Shown here: one piece after another, positions 55,275 to 64,000 of the stretch | Position numbering within the stretch: the stretch's first letter is position 1 | Layout: each line of letters opens with the position of its first letter | Assembly: GCF_000142905.1 (NCBI RefSeq) | Contig: NW_013657663.1 | Location: 62,001 to 126,000, forward strand | DNA from: Thecamonas trahens ATCC 50062 | Taxonomy: Eukaryota; Protista; Apusomonadida | DNA: 64,000 nt | Direction of reading: 5' to 3' | Notes under the pieces: generated by a model | Database searches by the model: none | The model's input: only the letters and a program-made list of their open reading frames with translations | Told to the model about the DNA's origin: nothing | Translations under genes and position numbers: made by a program

Positions 55275-55876
55275 CTGTCCACCGCCATCCGTACCACCCC
55301 ACACCCATTCCACCCCATCACCATGAGTACACGTCATGCCACCGTGCCTCCTCCCCGCCTCTGTGCCCTCATCTGCCCTCATCCCCCTCCTCGCTTCTCC
55401 CTCCTTCGCCTGGTCGCCGTGAAGGATGGCAGGATGACGCGTCTGCCGCGTCTGGTCGCTACTGGTGAAGGGTGTGGGGAAGGAGAGAGGGAATGTGTGG
55501 GCAAGGCAATACCACGCCCACTATACACAATTCTATCAGGTGCCGTACACGGAGTGCCATGATGTACTGTTGACGAGAAGTGGTGCAGGGTGTTGTAGGG
55601 CTAGTCAGTGCGCTGCTGTCGTGCTCATTTGGCTGGCCGTCTCTCTCTCGAATGGCACTTCGTGAAGATTGGGCTGGTGACGCCAACCAAGTTAACCATC
55701 TTCACACTCGCATCGCCGCCTGGCTGACGCACACGCAGCAAACTCTTGGAATCCATGCACAGACATCGATTCACTGCAGTCGATGAAAGCAGCCGGTGCA
55801 TGGGAGCCCAGCGGCGTAGGGGTGACTTGGCTTGCCCATGCAGAGCGGGATTTGCTCGTCACACAGCAGTCGGACA

Positions 55877-57214
55877 TCATCGCGTCGTCGACGAGACGCA
55901 GGTGAGATCGTCGTCCTCGTCCAGTGAAGTCGTCGACTCGGTCGTGAGCGAGCACTCGTTGTTGACCACGCGGTCCAAAAAGTCGGACGAGAGCGAGTCG
56001 GCCCGCGAGCGCGAGTACGACGTGTGGCCGCGCGAAGTCGATGCCGAGCGTGAGCGGCGGACCCGAACCCGGACCCGGATCTTGGACTTTGTGCGTCGGC
56101 GGGCATGCCCGCGGCGGCCTCGCTTTGGGCGTGCCGGTGGTGGCGCGTCGACCGAGTCGGTGATATTGTCTGGAAAGTCCCAGAACGACGCCGGCTCGTT
56201 GCCGGTCTTGGACCGCAGCCGGCACTTGAGGATGGCTGCCAGCGACTCGGTGTCTTCGTTGGTGGCGACATCGTGGTCGTGGACAAGGACCGTGTGATCG
56301 AGCACCTTTTTGATAAGGTACCCGGGCTTTTTGGCGAGGCGAAAGAACTTGGACTCGGCGAGCTTGGCCAGCGGCGCTCGGGCGGCCGGATCCTTGACAA
56401 GACACGACGCCACAAACGAACGAAAGGCCTTGGAGAACTTGCGCTTCGACGAGCCGAACCGCTCGCGCTCCAGTGCCGTGAGCGTGGGCGGCTCGTCGTG
56501 GAGCACGTGGTACATGATCTTGATCGACGGCCACTGCGCGTAGGGTGGAAAGCCGAGCGCGAGCTCCATGGCGGTGATGCCAAGCGACCAGATGTCGGCG
56601 CGCGCATCGTAGCCGGCCGCTTGCTGAAGGACCTCGGGCGCGGTCCAGCATGGCGAGGCGCCGGCGGCAAACGCCGCTGCGAGCAAGTCAAAGCCTGTGT
56701 TTGCAGGAGGCGTAGCGACAATGCACGAGAAAGCGTCGAGGAGAACCTCGCCCGAGTGGGTGACGAGAATGTTGGAGGCGTTGACCCACGAGTGGATGCG
56801 CCCGTGCTCATGCAGATAAGCCAAGGCGCGGACAACAGGCGCAAGGACCGAGGCAATGATGGCCTCCTCGGCAAAGCCCGTGGGAAAAGCCGAGTTGAGC
56901 ACGTCCCTCAGCGAGCCGCGCGCCAGCCGCATGACAATCCACAGCGATGAGTCCTTGACAAACGAGACGTAGTAGGGGAGGATGTTGGGATGCCAGGCGA
57001 GGCCCATGTTGGAGACCTCAGCCTGAACCTGGATCAGTCTCCCCTGAGTTGTGTCCAGATCCACCACCTTGACCGCCACCTCCTTCTTCATCGATGCCGC
57101 CCATGCCCGCCACACCACCGACCGTCCGCTCTCGGCCACCCCGATGACCTCGCGCAGCTCGTACGCCTCGGCCGTACACGGATAGAACCGCCGCTCTGCC
57201 CACTCGCTCTCCAT
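55877..57214 (-). CDS. STE20 Fray/OSR1/STRAD-related pseudokinase
   Basis: [59 protein letters not shown]; HRD replaced by HSW and DFG by DAF; WDF motif after the domain. Confidence 0.82.
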   Translation of the reverse strand: MESEWAERRFYPCTAEAYELREVIGVAESGRSVVWRAWAASMKKEVAVKVVDLDTTQGRLIQVQAEVSNMGLAWHPNILPYYVSFVKDSSLWIVMRLARGSLRDVLNSAFPTGFAEEAIIASVLAPVVRALAYLHEHGRIHSWVNASNILVTHSGEVLLDAFSCIVATPPANTGFDLLAAAFAAGASPCWTAPEVLQQAAGYDARADIWSLGITAMELALGFPPYAQWPSIKIMYHVLHDEPPTLTALERERFGSSKRKFSKAFRSFVASCLVKDPAARAPLAKLAESKFFRLAKKPGYLIKKVLDHTVLVHDHDVATNEDTESLAAILKCRLRSKTGNEPASFWDFPDNITDSVDAPPPARPKRGRRGHARRRTKSKIRVRVRVRRSRSASTSRGHTSYSRSRADSLSSDFLDRVVNNECSLTTESTTSLDEDDDLTCVSSTTR

Positions 57215-57384
57215 ATCTTGTCCGCCTCGCTTCCACCAAGTGCAAGCCCGAGAGGGTGAGGTGCCCCACGCCGCCGTCGGCAGTCTCAGTCCCCAGTCCC
57301 TGCCCCTGCCACCTGGAGGGGGGGGGGGGGGGGAGGGGGGGGGGGCAGCAACCCCCCCCCAGCATTAAATGGGGAAAATGGAAC

Positions 57385-57470
57385 CATCCATCCCCCCATC
57401 CATCCATCCCCCCATCCATCCATCCATCCCCCCATCCATCCATCCATCCATCCCCCCATCCATCCCTCCC
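57385..57470. repeat. (CCAT)n/(CCATCCCC) low-complexity repeat in divergent intergenic region
   Basis: Direct reading. Confidence 0.8.
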
Positions 57471-57614
57471 ACAGATCCCCCATGGCCATCCATTCCATGT
57501 CCAATGACCCCCTCCCTCTTCCCCCTCCCTGCACTGCCACCACCAGCTCCACCCCCCCCCCCACACACACACACTACTTACTGCCATCACCTCTCCCTCT
57601 TCCCCGCACTCAGT

Positions 57615-59198
57615 ATGAGTATCCCTCGCGCAGTGGCGCCGCCTGGGCACGAGCTCGGCAGTCCTGCCCCCGGTGCGGCGACAGCAGGCGCGCAGAGCGT
57701 GACGACGGGCGTGGTCAAGCGGCCCGGACCGGCGCCGGCTGAGGATACTTCTTCGGGAGGCGGCGGCACGTCGCTCGAGTACCTCCCGCATCAGCGCATC
57801 GCAGCTGTGCTGGATGAAGTGGCGGCCATGAAAGCCAAGGTCGCTCGGCAGGACGCCCGCTTTGCTGCAGACACCGCCGCTCTGCGCATGGATCTCAACG
57901 CAGCTCGCGCCCTTTACTCAGCTCCGCTACCTGTGCCACCTGCTGACGACGCCGCCGAGCATGTGTGCCCTGATGGCTCACTGAGGAGCGTCATGCACAT
58001 GGATCCGGCGACGCGGGCTGCGTTTGAGACTCAGGGCCGCGCCCTGGCGGACAGCCTGGGTGCTGGCGACGAGTCGTCGGCGCTGACCCACATCCAAGCC
58101 CGAGCCCCGCTGGGATCGAGCGTCCTGCGCGGCGTGCTCCGCACAGTGCCCGATGATCAGACCCGAGAGGCTGTTGCAGCTCGTCCGGGGGCTGCGTTTG
58201 CCGCCTCGCCGGCGCGCGGCACCAAGCCGGCACCAGAGGAGCTGCAGCTGTGGGAGGAGGCCAACTCAGCGCTTGCTCGTGAGCGAGCAGCCAACGCCGC
58301 CACACGCGACACCATCGTCCGTCTCCGCCACCAGCTTGCTGCCGGCGACACCGAGCTGAGAGTAGCCATAGAGGACAACGCCGCGCTCCGCCGCGAAGTC
58401 GCTGATGCTAAGGCCGAGCTCGACGCTGTCAAGGCCGAGCTCGACGCCCAGCTCGCGGCCCAGGCCCGTGCCCTCGCCGAACAAGAGCGGGAGCGCTCGC
58501 GTGCGCTTGCTGAGCTTGACGAACTCCGCACCCTCTCCGCTCGGGTCTCGGATCACTACCCGCGGTTGCTTCGCGAACAGAACGAGCTCCTTGCTGCCGA
58601 GCAAGCTAAGATCGACGAGCTCCGCGCCGCCATCAAGGCCCAGCGCGCCGAGCAGGCCGGCATTCCGCTCGAGACGCAACGGGAGCTCCAGGCCAATGCT
58701 TCCAAGCTGGCCTCGCTCCAGCAAGCCCGTGCTACCCTTGAGCAAGAGCTTGCTACGGCTTCCGCCTCGCAAGCCGAGGGAGCCGACCACGCTGCCCAGG
58801 CCTCGGCTCTTGATTCGCGCATCGCCCACGAACGTGCCCGTATCGAACAGCTCAAGGACGCCATGCGAGCCGAGGCGCGCCAGCCGGCAGCCATTGCACC
58901 GTCCACCCTGGCGCCGGCACCCGTACACAACCGCGACCTCACCCACGATCCGGTCTTTTCGCGGATGGATGCGCTGCGGACGTCGTCGTTCTCCTCGCGC
59001 GGACTCCCGCCGCCCGTCTCCGCTCCTCGGGCCACCTCTCGGCGGGTCTTTGGCCCTTCGTCCGACACTACCCTTTCAAACATCGGTCTCGACCTTGCAT
59101 CGCTTCGCCCTGCGCTCGAGACCTCGTTTGCGCGCTACGGCCCGCCGCCGCCGCGGGCTCCTACCGCCGGCATCGGTCTGCGATCGCTCTACCCGTAG
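57615..59198 (+). CDS. Uncharacterised coiled-coil protein
   Basis: Long ORF with typical codon bias and central A/E/L/Q heptads; start MSIPRAV at 57615. Confidence 0.65.
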   Translation: MSIPRAVAPPGHELGSPAPGAATAGAQSVTTGVVKRPGPAPAEDTSSGGGGTSLEYLPHQRIAAVLDEVAAMKAKVARQDARFAADTAALRMDLNAARALYSAPLPVPPADDAAEHVCPDGSLRSVMHMDPATRAAFETQGRALADSLGAGDESSALTHIQARAPLGSSVLRGVLRTVPDDQTREAVAARPGAAFAASPARGTKPAPEELQLWEEANSALARERAANAATRDTIVRLRHQLAAGDTELRVAIEDNAALRREVADAKAELDAVKAELDAQLAAQARALAEQERERSRALAELDELRTLSARVSDHYPRLLREQNELLAAEQAKIDELRAAIKAQRAEQAGIPLETQRELQANASKLASLQQARATLEQELATASASQAEGADHAAQASALDSRIAHERARIEQLKDAMRAEARQPAAIAPSTLAPAPVHNRDLTHDPVFSRMDALRTSSFSSRGLPPPVSAPRATSRRVFGPSSDTTLSNIGLDLASLRPALETSFARYGPPPPRAPTAGIGLRSLYP

Positions 59199-59209
59199 CC
59201 ACACAGCAG

Positions 59210-59515
59210 TCACAGCCGTCCAAACTCCAGCAGCGACGGAAACGCGGGATCGTCGAGTCCTGTTGCCTTCCCCTCTCTGTTTTCTCCGGAGCAATCCTTA
59301 GCCCCAGCCGGCCACATGCCCAACTGCCGCGCGCGATCCTCTGCCCATGGGAACAAGGCGTCGAGGTCGAGGCCGGCAGCCGTGGCGAGGACGACCCCGG
59401 CCGCGGTGACCACCAGTGCCACAGCACATGGCGCCAACACCCGCTCTACCAGCCGGGCGAGCCAGCTCGTGCCGGCTACAGCAGCACTTGCCGCCGCGTC
59501 CGTCGACGTCGCCAT
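59210..59515 (-). CDS. Small single-TM hypothetical protein
   Basis: 101-aa ORF filling an intergenic gap, with hydrophobic VLAPCAVALVVTAAGVVLATAAGL. Confidence 0.4.
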   Translation of the reverse strand: MATSTDAAASAAVAGTSWLARLVERVLAPCAVALVVTAAGVVLATAAGLDLDALFPWAEDRARQLGMWPAGAKDCSGENREGKATGLDDPAFPSLLEFGRL

Positions 59516-59590
59516 AGTCGAGTATCCAGCCGGGGAGCCGGCCTGTTGTGGTCACAGACACTACCATTCAATGTCATCTCCCGCCACGGA

Positions 59591-62140
59591 TCAGTCGTCC
59601 ATCAGCATTGTGATGAGAAGGCCAAAGAGACGGGCGGCGCGAGTTCCCTGGGGTGTCGGCTCGGAGGCGAGCGTCTCCAGCACGTCGCATGCGCGCGAGA
59701 CAAGCGCTGGATAGAGGTCAAGGCTGGCATCGGCAGCAGCGGCGAGCCAGTCCAGGCCGAGCGGAACATGATCGGGCGAGTGGACCATGTCTTCCACAAG
59801 CGCCGTGAGTACACCCTCGAGAGTGTGAGGGCGCACGTCGCGGACAACAGGTCCAATGTCCGCGAGCATGTGGAAGAGCTGCGTCGTGTGTGCGGCGCCG
59901 CCCTCGAGCAGCAGTGAGAGCGCCCGGTCGACATGGCCGGCAGCCAGCGCCGTGTGCGCGTTCTGGACCACCGACGGTGCTGTCTCGGCGGCCGCAGCCA
60001 TGGCCGCTTCGCTCGGCCCGCGCGCCGGCGGCGCCGACCCGACAGCAGCGGCTGCAGCAGCCCGCTCCTCGGCGGCCCGTGCGAGGGCAGCTCGTGCGAG
60101 CTCACCGGCGACTTGCTCCACGGCCTTGGCCGCACTCTCGACACGCGACCCAAGCAGATCCAGAGCTTCCTGGGACTGGCGCTCCAGCGTCTCCATTGAC
60201 GTTGTCAGCGAGTCTACCACCGCACCAAGGGCAGACGTGACGGCTTCGGGTGCCCAGCCTCCCGGCCTGGACGACGGCAGGTGCAGCAGCGGCTCGGGCT
60301 CGGGCTCGGGCTCGGGCGGCGTCGGCAGGCGTTCAGAGACTGGCGAGGCAATGGGCTCGGAGAGTATTGAAGCCGGCGGTGAGCTGGGTGTTGGTGACCG
60401 CGACGATGGGCTCGAGAGTGGCGGTGCACGAGAGCGTGGTGCCGGGATTCGCGACGACGAGCGCGAACGGCCGCGCCCATGGACAGCAGTCGCCTTGGGC
60501 GAGTGCCGAGCCCGGCTGACCGGGCGACTACCATGGTGCATCGAAGTCTCCAGCGCTGCTGTCGACTCCCGCAAGCTCTGCATTTCCTCTGCCTGGCTTG
60601 CGTACCGCTTTTCTTGTGCGACCTGCAGGTTGAGCAGGGCCTGGACCTGGCGCGAGAGCTCGGCCTGCGCCGCCTGCTGCTCCTCGAGCCGATCGAGGAC
60701 AGCCTGCGAGAGGTTGAGATCCGGGTGTGGCGCGACTGAGTCGGAGTCACGCGCGAGAAGACTCAAGTCGACACCGGTCCGGGAGACTTGCGGCGGTGCG
60801 GACGGGACCGGCGAGAGCGGCTTGAAAAGCGGGTCGGCGAGCGGTGTCCGTGCCACCCGACCGACGCGGTGAACTGAGCGCGAGGCTGCTGGCGTCCGCT
60901 TCCCGGGCGTCTGAAATCGACGGAGAGAAGTGTTAGCAAACGATGCCGACATCGAGACGTGGCCGGGCAGCGAGGCCGACGAGCCAAGCGGTGCGCGGGT
61001 GGCCCAGTACGGGTGGACGTGGCGCGCGCCAAGGCCGACGGTCCACTCGGTTCCTCCAAGAAGCGCGTCGGGATCAACCGGCTCGGGCGGCATGCCGTCG
61101 GGTCCAGGCAAGTCGCGGAAAAGAGCCAGCGCGACGCCGACTAGCTCGCGGACCTTGCGGAACTTGTCAAACTTGTGACGCTCGAGGTGGACAATCATGT
61201 CTGGCGCAATGACCGAGAGTGCCGGCCCCATGCGGAGCGCAAAGACAATGAGCGCGCCGGCGGCAGCACGCCGCGCCTGCCACTCGTCGAGCGCCAGCGC
61301 GTTGACAAGGGCGGTGAGGTATGCCGGGATCCACGGAATGAGCGCGTCGCCGAGCACGTCAACCAGCTTGCCCGCGGCCTCAAACAGCGGCTCCACCGCC
61401 AGCAGCGACGCGGTCGACGAGATGAGGTCTAGCACCTTGAGCCCTATTTTGGGCATTTCGGCCTTTAGCACGGCCGCCGAGACCGAGCCGATGAGCGCGG
61501 CGATGGCGGCGCCAGCTCCACGATGGACGCTGACGTTGAGGGTGACCAGCTGTGAGAGGAGCGGCGCCAGATATGGCGCAATGCCTGAGGTTTCTGGTGC
61601 ACTGCTGTCGAGCGGGACAACCGCGTACTCACCGAGAATGCTCACAGTAGCCGCGATGGCCTCGGCCAGTTGAGCATCGCCCTCTTGGATGCGAGCAACA
61701 AGTACGGCCATGACCTTGCTCGCCAGCGTACGTGCAAAGGACGGATGCGCCTCTGCCAAACCCTCTACAACCACTAGCGCCTGTTTGCGGGCCATAGTTG
61801 CATCCATCCGTGCGGCAAGCATGCCAAGCAGCAGGCCGGCACGAGTCGAGGTGAGCCCCGGATCAGTGGCGAGGGCAGCGAGCTGTGCAGCGGCGGTCTC
61901 TGCTGTGTCCTCGTCGGCGAGTCTCAGCAGAGCGTTGGCCACGGTTGCCCTCCACGACTCGCCACCATGTCCCCTCCGCTCGCCTCTTCGTCCTCCGCTC
62001 CCTTCAGCCAGCGAGCTGTTGTTGCCGTGAACCCGCCTGCTGCCGGCGACTCGCCCGTGCCCGCCAGCCCGGTGGTTGTGCCTGCTGCTGCGCTCGTCTC
62101 CAGGCCCGAGTAGCTGGGAGAGCGCGAGGAGGGTGGTCAT
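59591..62140 (-). CDS. TORTIFOLIA1/SPIRAL2-like HEAT(TOG)-repeat microtubule-associated protein
   Basis: LRLADEDT, RKQAL, DEWQARRAAA, LERHKFDKFRKVRE (cf. LEACRFDKIKPVRE), central coiled coil, C-terminal GHVDRAL...LFHMLADIGPV (cf. GDVDSAY...LVKLMDRTGPV). Confidence 0.72.
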   Translation of the reverse strand: MTTLLALSQLLGPGDERSSRHNHRAGGHGRVAGSRRVHGNNSSLAEGSGGRRGERRGHGGESWRATVANALLRLADEDTAETAAAQLAALATDPGLTSTRAGLLLGMLAARMDATMARKQALVVVEGLAEAHPSFARTLASKVMAVLVARIQEGDAQLAEAIAATVSILGEYAVVPLDSSAPETSGIAPYLAPLLSQLVTLNVSVHRGAGAAIAALIGSVSAAVLKAEMPKIGLKVLDLISSTASLLAVEPLFEAAGKLVDVLGDALIPWIPAYLTALVNALALDEWQARRAAAGALIVFALRMGPALSVIAPDMIVHLERHKFDKFRKVRELVGVALALFRDLPGPDGMPPEPVDPDALLGGTEWTVGLGARHVHPYWATRAPLGSSASLPGHVSMSASFANTSLRRFQTPGKRTPAASRSVHRVGRVARTPLADPLFKPLSPVPSAPPQVSRTGVDLSLLARDSDSVAPHPDLNLSQAVLDRLEEQQAAQAELSRQVQALLNLQVAQEKRYASQAEEMQSLRESTAALETSMHHGSRPVSRARHSPKATAVHGRGRSRSSSRIPAPRSRAPPLSSPSSRSPTPSSPPASILSEPIASPVSERLPTPPEPEPEPEPLLHLPSSRPGGWAPEAVTSALGAVVDSLTTSMETLERQSQEALDLLGSRVESAAKAVEQVAGELARAALARAAEERAAAAAAVGSAPPARGPSEAAMAAAAETAPSVVQNAHTALAAGHVDRALSLLLEGGAAHTTQLFHMLADIGPVVRDVRPHTLEGVLTALVEDMVHSPDHVPLGLDWLAAAADASLDLYPALVSRACDVLETLASEPTPQGTRAARLFGLLITMLMDD

Positions 62141-62479
62141 AGTGTATGGGAGGGGTGGGGAGGGGTGGGGAGGGGTGGGGAGGGGTGGGGAGGGGTGGGG
62201 GGTGGGGGGTGGGGGGGGTGGAGCGTTGCGCACGAGGGGCGCGTCGACCAGTGGCAGGCAACTGGCGCCGAAAGCAGAGGCCAGGGAGACGGGCAAGCAG
62301 CCGCCTGTGATGAGCAAAACTACATGACCATCCTATCCTTCAATGTTGCTGCTGCTTCGCGTTCGATACGTGAGCTTCTTTCTGCGGTCACTGGATGGCG
62401 AGGTAAATTGCACGGTGTGTGGAGGCGAGGGCGGTGCAAAGGCACGCGGCCGCAAGCCCACATTCCGCATCTGTCCCAA

Positions 62480-64000
62480 CTATGTTGCATGATCACCTGC
62501 CTCGGGCTGCGCAGCCAGCTCCGCGGCACGATTCTTGAGGGCATTGACGGTGGGGTCGAGGCCGGGACGGTGATGGAGGCGTTGAACGACGATGCCCAAT
62601 GCGCCTCTTCGCGTTGGCGAACAGGGTCAAGATAGGGTTGAAGAAAGTCGAGGCGGAGGATTTCCGACGCCGTGGGTCTCTCATTCGGGTCCTTGGCGAG
62701 CATGGCTTGGACAAGGTCGGAGAGTTCCACCGAGTAGCACTCGGGGATGTCGGGAGTGCGGCGGTCAACGATGGTTTCCAATAGCGACTGGAGGTCGGCA
62801 GCCTTGAACGGGTACGTGAGGGCGCACATACGGAAGAGGAGGGTGCCGAGGCCCCAGATGTCGTTCTTCTGGGTGTACGAGAGGCCCTGACAGAGCTCGG
62901 GGGACATGTAGTAGGGCGTGCCGACGCGAGTCTGGCGCATGGATGACTCGGTCTCGAGCTCGGCCGAGAGGCCAAAGTCTGCGAGGCGAAGGGTGTTGTC
63001 TGCTGCGATCATGACGTTCGGTGCCTTGATATCGCGGTGGAGGTACTTGTTGGCGTGGCAGTAGTCGAGGGCGGCGACCAGCTGGGCAAACCATGTGAGG
63101 ACGGTCCTCTCGGAAAAGTACATTTGCGTTGCGCGCTGCTCCTTGATGCGCGAGTCGAGGTCGCCGAGTTCGACGTGCTCCATGACAATGTGGAGGACTT
63201 TGTCGTGGACAAACGACTCGTAGTGCTTGACAATGTGCGGGTGGGTGAGCTCGCCAAGGGCCTGGACCTCGAGCGCGGCGCAGAGCGCATCCTTGGCGGT
63301 GAACGACGACATGTTGATCTTCTTCATGACCACCATCTTGCCGGTCTGGCGATGGCGGGTGAGGTAGACCGAGCCCGAGGTGCCTGACGCGAGAGGCTCG
63401 AGGACGAGGTACTCGTCGACTCGGGCTTCAGAGTGGCTGCCCTTGCCAGGCTCGAGCCCGCTCGACCACGATTTGGATTTTGTCATCGAGTCGCGGAGCG
63501 ACTTGGGCTCGAGCGTGCTGTTGTCCTCAGCGCCAGACGCGGCGGCGGCGCGGACTGCGGCTTCCCAGTCGGCACCGAGTCCGTCGTGGGTGTTGGCCCG
63601 CTCGACAGGCGTAACCGGGTCTGGGTTGAGAGTGGGCGTCGATGCGCCGACAATGTTGACGTCGGGGAACGGGCTACAGACGACAGACGGCGAGTCGGGC
63701 TCGGTCGAGGCTGACGCGACCGAGCCTCGAGATGTGGCGCGTGAAAGCGCGCCACACGACGACCGGTCACCGGACGAGTACTTGCTCAGGCCCACCGACG
63801 AGCCTATGTCGGTCCGGGCAATCGAGGCCTGCTGAAGCGAGACTTCGTGGCTCACCATGTCGGACGACGACTTGGTGCCTTTGACCTTGATGCGACGGCG
63901 TGGGCGGTCGGGTTCTGTCTCGCGTCCAGGGTCACGGGCCTTGTCTTTGCCGCGGGCTCTATCCTTTTCGCGATACTTGGACCGGGCCTTGTCCTTGTCC
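62480..64000 (-). CDS. NIMA-related (NEK) kinase, 5' end outside window
   Basis: VVMKKI, HPHIVKHYESF, YLHRDIKAPNV, LADFGLS, TRVGTPYYMSPELC, DIWGLG. Frame stays open to 64000. The given ORF ends at 62320; one extra C near 62564-62566 gives a codon-typical tail ending at TAG 62480-62482. Confidence 0.88.

Noticed and set aside
22601-64000. Functional cluster of flagellar genes (CatSper3, WDR60, CNG, NEK) or chaperones (CCT7, two Hsp70s)
   Set aside because: Interspersed with unrelated housekeeping genes and mixed orientation; no evidence beyond chance without synteny data.

Overview
GC-rich, gene-dense, intron-poor eukaryotic nuclear DNA from a flagellated protist. The gene content (CatSper3, dynein-2 WDR60, NEK, FG-GAP protein, kelch receptor kinase) and the poly-C/poly-G intergenic tracts resemble an apusomonad such as Thecamonas trahens; this is inferred, not verified. 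About 31 protein-coding genes are supported: CAND1 (5' end), DIS3L2, NAA80, TRM13, a ZZ-finger NRPS-like carboxylic acid reductase, APEH, RPC4, GDP-fucose synthase, a secreted GH31, CatSper3, peptide deformylase, MAP2K, an FG-GAP membrane protein, a kelch/TM kinase-cyclase-pseudokinase receptor, WDR60, a CNG-type channel, a GT23 fucosyltransferase, CCT7, a PB1-like protein, an Ssb-like cytosolic Hsp70, a SAPS/PP6R subunit, an intron-split 125-aa tropomyosin, mitochondrial Hsp70, a STRAD/OSR1-like pseudokinase, a SPIRAL2/TORTIFOLIA1-like protein, a NEK kinase, and several coiled-coil or low-complexity unknowns. There is one assembly gap (26232-26584). No rRNA, tRNA, CRISPR or transposon was seen. 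Most notable: (1) an ultra-short tropomyosin missed by the ORF track, plus NAA80 with its polyproline loop; (2) homologues of proteins usually called fungal (Ssb) or plant (SPR2/TOR1); (3) 7-8 genes each needing one extra base at a short homopolymer, most likely sequencing undercalls but testable as recoding; (4) a 36-bp palindromic minisatellite in a bidirectional promoter; (5) a duplicated promoter/first exon. All family assignments come from motif recognition by eye, without database searches.
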